A stretch of DNA of 64,000 nucleotides from NCBI GenBank assembly GCA_003194425.1, contig PQXB01000001.1, positions 263,522 through 327,521 on the forward strand. Reading direction: 5' to 3'. This document shows positions 59,077-64,000 of the stretch, one piece after another. The first letter of the stretch is position 1; every line of letters begins with the position of its first letter. The stretch is from Candidatus Methanophagaceae archaeon. GTDB lineage: Archaea; Halobacteriota; Syntropharchaeia; Alkanophagales; Methanospirareceae. The translations under genes were made by a program, and so were the position numbers. A model generated the notes under the pieces. That model was not told the DNA's origin and ran no database searches. It saw nothing but the letters and a program-made list of their open reading frames with translations.

Positions 59077-60153
59077 TTACACCCTCGCGGTCCTCTCGCG
59101 CACCGCAGCCACAATTATCGGCAACGCGATCGTGGCGTCGCAGTAAACCGTAACCGCCCGCGCGTTCGCACCGACCTTGCCCCACGACTTCGCTTCGTCC
59201 AGCGTCGCACCGCTTAATCCCCCGTTCTCCGGCGTCTCGGTGGTTATTTGAATCGCGTAGTCAAAGCCCTCTCGCTCTCTCTCTCGCTCTTGCTCCTCAC
59301 CTCCGTCTCTCCCCTGCACCCGCGGCGGTGCGACCAGCGCGGTCTGGAAAATAAAGTTCTTAGGCACGCCGCCGCCGAGAATTAGCACCCCTGTCCGTTT
59401 CGCCTCGCAGAAAATATCCACCAACTCCTTCATATCCTCGAACGCGTCCACTCGTAAATTGCTCGTCTGCTTGTAAATCCAAGCGTGAAGTCCGATCATA
59501 GAATCCGCAATCGCAGGGCAGAACACGGGCACCCCGCTCTCCGCTGCACTTCGTAAAATAGAATCCGGGTCCGAGAGGCTCTCTCCAATCGCTCTTGTCA
59601 GTTCCCTAATGCTGTACCGCTTCTCCCTCTCCTTCTTCTCCACCCTCTTCTCCCTCTCCTCTCTCTCCGCCCTCTTCTGACCGAGTTTTTCAAAAACGCC
59701 CCTCAAAAAATCCTCCAACCTCGCAAACGCCTCGTCACGCACAATTACATCGTAGATTCTGTCGCTCCCTTCGCCTCGCAGCCACACGTCGTCCACCGCT
59801 GCACCTGGGTCTGCGCCGCCTACGGCTTCGCCTACGATTTTGTAGTGCCGCTCGCCGAGTGCTTCCAGAATGTCGTGCACGAGGTTTGCGCCCGTCGTTA
59901 CCACCACATCCACGAGCCGCTCCCGAATCATCTCTGCCAGCACGGTTCGCATTCCCGCAGGAACTAACGCACCAGCAACACCCAGGAACTTTGTCGTCTT
60001 TTCGCCCTCTCCCCTCTGCAGCATTTCCTCGTAAATGTCCACCGCCTCCGCCAACCTGCCGGCTCCGAAGGCACAGCCGCCCAAACCTCTCACAAGCTCG
60101 TCTACGCTCGTCTTCTTCCCGATTTTCACGCCCTGCACTTCCTTTAGCCGCAT
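59077..60153 (-). CDS. dys: Deoxyhypusine synthase
   Basis: Family resemblance (VPAGMR, VVVTTGANLVHD); Glu/Arg repeat inserts. Confidence 0.7.
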   Translation of the reverse strand: MRLKEVQGVKIGKKTSVDELVRGLGGCAFGAGRLAEAVDIYEEMLQRGEGEKTTKFLGVAGALVPAGMRTVLAEMIRERLVDVVVTTGANLVHDILEALGERHYKIVGEAVGGADPGAAVDDVWLRGEGSDRIYDVIVRDEAFARLEDFLRGVFEKLGQKRAEREEREKRVEKKEREKRYSIRELTRAIGESLSDPDSILRSAAESGVPVFCPAIADSMIGLHAWIYKQTSNLRVDAFEDMKELVDIFCEAKRTGVLILGGGVPKNFIFQTALVAPPRVQGRDGGEEQEREREREGFDYAIQITTETPENGGLSGATLDEAKSWGKVGANARAVTVYCDATIALPIIVAAVRERTARV

Positions 60154-60200
60154 TCCCTATTGCTCTGTTTTTATTTTAGCAATTTATAAACAGATGTAAA

Positions 60201-61175
60201 ATGAGCATTACATTCAAGGAACTTGCAAAGAAAGTGCTAAAAGAAGAAAAGAAGCCCCTTACAGCAGAAAAAATCTGGGAAATCGCAAGACAAAAGAGAT
60301 ATGACAAACTTGGAAATTTCAAAGGCAAAACTCCTTGGAGATCAATTGGAGCGAGAATTTATGTAGACATTAGAGATAACAAGCAGTCTCCCTTTGTTAA
60401 AATAGATTCCAAACCGAGAAAGTTTTTCCTGCGAGAATTAACAAGCAAAGAAGATTTGAGAAAAATAGAAGAAGGGGCGAACGTAGAAGTAGAAAGACCA
60501 GTAGAAGTAGAACCTACCGAAACAAAATATTCAGAAAAGGATTTACACCCCTTCTTAACATATTTTGCTTATGCCTACCTTGGAGTGCACACAAAGACAA
60601 TAAGTCACGAAAAATCGAGCAAGAAAAGTTACGCACAATGGTTGCATCCCGATTTGGTAGGTGTCTATTTCCCAATTGGCGAATGGAAAGACGAGGTTAT
60701 AGATTTTGCTAAGGAAGTAGGCACTAAACTTATCAGGGTGTACTCTTTTGAGATGAAAAAAGAGTTGACTTTTTCAAACCTGCGAGAGTCCTTCTTTCAA
60801 ACTGTTTCTAACTCATCTTGGGCAAATGAGGGGTATCTTGTTGCTGCAAAAATATCTCAAGACGATGATTTTCTATCCGAAGTGAAGCGGCTGTCTGCTT
60901 CATTTGGGATAGGAATAATAAAAATTGATTTAGAAGATCCGGATTCATCAGAAGTTCTATTTCCTGCAAGATTCAAGAGCGAATTGGATTGGGAGACCAT
61001 CAATAAACTGAGTACGGGAAATCGTGATTTTAGGGAGTTCATAAAAAGGATAAAGATTGACATTTCCAGTAAAGAGGTGAGAAAAGAGAAATATGACAAG
61101 GTCTATGAAACAGAAAAATTAAAGGAGGATCTCAAGAATATTAAAGGAGGATCTCAAGAATTCTCGATTTATTAA
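60201..61175 (+). CDS. HARE-HTH domain protein with C-terminal PD-(D/E)xK nuclease-like region
   Basis: N-terminus ITFKELAKKVLKEEKKPLTAEKIWEIA...GKTPWRSIGARIYVD is HARE-HTH-like; downstream hPDLVGV ... FEMKK fits PD-(D/E)xK; AT-rich gene next to tRNA-Pro. Confidence 0.55.
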   Translation: MSITFKELAKKVLKEEKKPLTAEKIWEIARQKRYDKLGNFKGKTPWRSIGARIYVDIRDNKQSPFVKIDSKPRKFFLRELTSKEDLRKIEEGANVEVERPVEVEPTETKYSEKDLHPFLTYFAYAYLGVHTKTISHEKSSKKSYAQWLHPDLVGVYFPIGEWKDEVIDFAKEVGTKLIRVYSFEMKKELTFSNLRESFFQTVSNSSWANEGYLVAAKISQDDDFLSEVKRLSASFGIGIIKIDLEDPDSSEVLFPARFKSELDWETINKLSTGNRDFREFIKRIKIDISSKEVRKEKYDKVYETEKLKEDLKNIKGGSQEFSIY

Positions 61176-61219
61176 ATTTTATAAACGCTTTATAAACGAG
61201 AAAAACAAAACAGAGGGTA

Positions 61220-61292
61220 GGGGCTGTAAGGTAGCCAGGCATCCTCCCAGCTCGGGGAGCTGGTAACCGGAGTTCAAATCTCCGCAGCCCCA
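61220..61292 (+). tRNA. tRNA-Pro (anticodon GGG)
   Basis: Acceptor GGGGCTG/CAGCCCC, anticodon arm CCAGC-UCGGGGA-GCTGG, T arm CGGAG-TTCAAAT-CTCCG; position 33 is C (unusual). Confidence 0.7.
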
Positions 61293-61410
61293 TTTTTTTT
61301 AGTCCGAAGCACTAAATTCCAAATAAAATCAAAAAGGCAAAAAAATAAAAAGAGGAGTAGTGCCTCTCCTCCTCTGCCCGATTTCTGCTCTGCTCTACTC
61401 TTACCCTTAC

Positions 61411-62916
61411 CTACCTCATTCTTTCAACCACTCTCTTCAAATTCTCCTCTAGTCCTGCTCCTGTTTCTGCTCCTGCTCCTGTTGCTGCTGGCACTGCTCC
61501 TGCTTCTCCTTTCCAGTACGGCACGTAAGCCCACCACAAAGCGTCGCACTCGAAGACCTCGCCTCCTGCTGCGGCGTCCGAGAGCTGCACGTAGAACAAA
61601 TTCCCGAACGGCTCGGCACCCCAGTTCGGAATCCCGAAACTGAACTCAAGGCTCTCGCTGTACTCCGCGGCGACCGACTTGGTCAGCACAGGCACGCAGA
61701 CGCTGTACTCCGGCACTACCCAGAACCACTGGAATTCCAAACTGCAGTTCGTCGGGTTCGCAACGCTCACTGCAACTTCCATTTTGTCCCCGATTCTGTA
61801 CTCTGTCTTGTCGGTCGCAACGGAAACGCTCGGCTCGCCGATTTCAAACGAGACCGTCGGCTCCGGGTCGGCGTGTTTGCGAATAAAAATCCAGTTTGCA
61901 AAACCTTCAATTTCCCCTGGGTGCCAAGCATCTGTGTTAAACTCAACAATGGGTGCAAATTTTGAATCACTGTCTTTTTGAATATCGTAGTCTTTGCTCA
62001 AAATATGGTGGTGCTCGTGGAATCCCTCCAAGTGACTTGCATAGATTACTGTTTTTAATCGGTTGGGCTGAGTGAAATTAAAGCTGTATCCTGGATTATT
62101 GTCTCTATCTATATAAATATTGCTCCCTTTTTTCAGTTTAATAAGATAGGGCTTTTCGCTTTCGTATTCCAGACCGTATGCGAACACAGCCGTGAATTCT
62201 GTGTCTGTGTCTGTTAAGCTGCCGTTACCGAATAGCACACCCACTCCAAAGTTTTTATTCCACCAGTCCATCGGCATTTTCATCTCTGCTTCTACGACCA
62301 ATGGGAACTTGGTGTCAAAACTGATATTTTTTGGTTTTAAAACGAAACTACCTTGAGTAGGTCTGTACGCTCTCAACCATCCATCGTCCAGAGAGAAATT
62401 TATCTCTGCGGGGTAATAGAAATCGATGCAGTCATCGCGATCCCATGAAAAACCTTGCCAATTGTTTAGTGAAGAAGGACTGCTGAAATTGTCGAAGAAC
62501 TCGAAGACCGCGTTACCTTTGCTCTCGCTCGCTGCTGCGGGGTTGCCCCAGCGCATTTTCAAAAAGACGCTCTCGCCCGCGGGCAGAACCGGCACGCGCA
62601 CCCAAACCGCCCCTCGCTTCTCCACGCCGTCAAACTCCTCAAGCCAGTAGTTCAACTCCTGCCCTGCGAACGAAAATCGGAGGTCGCCCCCGTCGGTCTT
62701 CGCTTCGGTCGGGAAGTTCTCGCCCGACAAATTCACGAGAATCGGGTACTCGTGAAGCGTCGTTCCAGAGTTCTCGGAGACGCGGAGGGTCGTTGAGAAA
62801 GCCCAGTCGCCGCTGCCGAGCGGGGTCGCTGCCGCTGCTGCGGAGGTCGCTGCTAACACTACTGCCGTTGTCAAAAAAGCAATTGCCAGCACTTTTCTGC
62901 TTGTTTTTGTAGTCAT
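61411..62916 (-). CDS. Secreted DUF2341-like / lectin-like protein with the shared C-terminal domain
   Basis: ATG 62916 after GGGGGTGA; signal peptide; DUF2341-like DGGDLRFSFAGQELNYWLEEF...VWVRVP; C-terminal SVATDKTEYRIGDKMEV...WWAYVPYW. Confidence 0.7.
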   Translation of the reverse strand: MTTKTSRKVLAIAFLTTAVVLAATSAAAAATPLGSGDWAFSTTLRVSENSGTTLHEYPILVNLSGENFPTEAKTDGGDLRFSFAGQELNYWLEEFDGVEKRGAVWVRVPVLPAGESVFLKMRWGNPAAASESKGNAVFEFFDNFSSPSSLNNWQGFSWDRDDCIDFYYPAEINFSLDDGWLRAYRPTQGSFVLKPKNISFDTKFPLVVEAEMKMPMDWWNKNFGVGVLFGNGSLTDTDTEFTAVFAYGLEYESEKPYLIKLKKGSNIYIDRDNNPGYSFNFTQPNRLKTVIYASHLEGFHEHHHILSKDYDIQKDSDSKFAPIVEFNTDAWHPGEIEGFANWIFIRKHADPEPTVSFEIGEPSVSVATDKTEYRIGDKMEVAVSVANPTNCSLEFQWFWVVPEYSVCVPVLTKSVAAEYSESLEFSFGIPNWGAEPFGNLFYVQLSDAAAGGEVFECDALWWAYVPYWKGEAGAVPAATGAGAETGAGLEENLKRVVERMR

Positions 62917-63031
62917 TTTTTTTTCGTCACCCCCTAATTTTTTCTTCCCCCTTGTTTTCTTCTCGCCTGAAGATAAGAGGAAGATAAGAGGAGCGTGACA
63001 AAGTTTTGTTATCTTTTCGTATTTTTTCATC

Positions 63032-63406
63032 ATGTTTAACATAAATATAATTTGTTTTGTCTCTTTAAATACTTACCTCGTTTTTATCTCTAAAAATACA
63101 AGAAAATTGAATGCGAGGAGAAGTAGAGAGAAGAGGGAAAGGAATGAGAGAAAGTTTTCTTATTGGGCGGAGTTGGAAGGAGGGGGGAGGAGATATTGGT
63201 ACGAGGTCGTCGGGAGATTTGGGTTTAGAGCCCGTTATGTCAAAGAGGTTGATGAACGAGAAGAAACAATCAAATTTTACCAAGAAATATACGATGACAA
63301 AGGCGATTTAGTGGAGGTTCACGAGAAGTTTCCGAGAGATTTGGGGCATCGGCGGTTAAGAAGAAAAACAGAAGGAACAGAAGAAAATGGTGAGGAAAAT
63401 CACTAA
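63032..63406 (+). CDS. Hypothetical protein (AT-rich region; start uncertain)
   Basis: Open reading frame only; non-ATG start. Confidence 0.25.
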   Translation: MFNINIICFVSLNTYLVFISKNTRKLNARRSREKRERNERKFSYWAELEGGGRRYWYEVVGRFGFRARYVKEVDEREETIKFYQEIYDDKGDLVEVHEKFPRDLGHRRLRRKTEGTEENGEENH

Positions 63407-63662
63407 GCAGGATGTAGCGAGAAAAATATCGTCTTATCTCAACCGTACGATCACGCTTGAGCAGATGGTTGATTGGGCGGAGGAGATGATCTGCGAAGCC
63501 GAATATGAGGAGGGGGATTTTGAGTTGATAAAGGAGGTCTTGAGTCGTTTGGGGCTTGCGGATGTCAAGGAGTTCGGGCTGTCCTGGGACGACTGCTACA
63601 ATTTCCTCTCACGATTGGGCTACCAAGTCAGAGTTTTTTTGTTTTACAAAACAGATAAAAAA
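63387..63662 (+). CDS. Hypothetical small protein (3' end uncertain; ORF reads through tRNA-Thr to 63785)
   Basis: Plausible globular N-terminal 90 aa; the C-terminal part of the ORF is antisense to the tRNA and probably not coding. Confidence 0.25.
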
Positions 63663-63734
63663 AGCCCTGGGCGGGACTCGAACCCGCGCTCTCCACCTTA
63701 CCAAGGTGGCGCATTTCCACTATGCTACCAAGGC
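63663..63734 (-). tRNA. tRNA-Thr (anticodon GGU)
   Basis: Acceptor GCCTTGG/CCAGGGC, D arm GCAT/ATGC, anticodon arm CCACC-UUGGUAA-GGTGG, T arm GCGGG-TTCGAGT-CCCGC. Confidence 0.8.
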
Positions 63735-63860
63735 ACCAATTTTTTCACTTTTTTATTTTTGTGTTTATTTTATTTTTGTGCTTAACTTTATATAGAACCG
63801 CAAATATACAAAAATAAAAAGTAAAGAAAAAACAAGGAAAAAACAAGGAGAAGAAAAGAA

Positions 63861-64000
63861 ATGGCACAATTAGGCGGAACGCCGGTATTGATATTGAAGG
63901 AAGGCAGTGAGCGGACGAGAGGAAAGGACGCACAGAGCAGGAACATTCTCGCAGCGAAGACGATCGCGGCTGCGGTGAAGTCTACGCTTGGACCGAAGGG
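63861..64000 (+). CDS. ths: Thermosome (group II chaperonin) subunit, N-terminal part (3' end outside window)
   Basis: [47 protein letters not shown]. Confidence 0.8.
   Translation, partial: MAQLGGTPVLILKEGSERTRGKDAQSRNILAAKTIAAAVKSTLGPK

Noticed and set aside
63387-63785. Full-length 132-aa ORF as one CDS
   Set aside because: Its last ~40 codons are antisense to tRNA-Thr and are open only because the tRNA lacks stop codons; kept only the 5' portion at low confidence
1-64000. Transposase / IS element or integrase
   Set aside because: No transposase- or integrase-like ORF was recognised; the AT-rich islands have no terminal inverted repeats that I could see

Overview
Archaeal chromosomal window (euryarchaeal-type gene content, moderately GC-rich with AT-rich islands near 2.5-3.1 kb, 27.2-27.9 kb, 60.2-61.2 kb and 63.0-63.8 kb); organism not identified. 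All calls are from reading the sequence and ORF track by eye; no searches were run. Housekeeping genes include hom (partial), moeA, tpiA, trkH, MTAP, gatA, RNase P RNA, nadX, thi4, isopentenyl phosphate kinase, pth2, the exosome operon rrp4-rrp41-rrp42, hef, frhB-like, atpB, deoxyhypusine synthase, three tRNAs and a thermosome start. Two accessory regions stand out. (1) 3.0-21.9 kb is a secreted-protein island: dockerin protein, PGF-CTERM protein, subtilisin with a cohesin domain, a 1849-aa lamin-tail/CARDB protein with a 1.6-kb internal tandem duplication, a metacaspase-like protease and a papain-like protease. Four secreted proteins share a conserved ~110-aa C-terminal domain plus charged tail that I cannot assign to a known sorting signal; this is the main candidate for something undescribed. 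(2) An archaeosortase / EpsI-like / CPBP-protease operon (31.7-34.3 kb), with PGF-CTERM and frame-shifted PEF-CTERM candidate substrates elsewhere in the window. Also notable: a methyltransferase fused to an Mrr-like domain with a diverged standalone copy flanking pyrF, a HARE-HTH nuclease-like gene beside tRNA-Pro, and in-frame microsatellite-like repeats inserted into many conserved genes.
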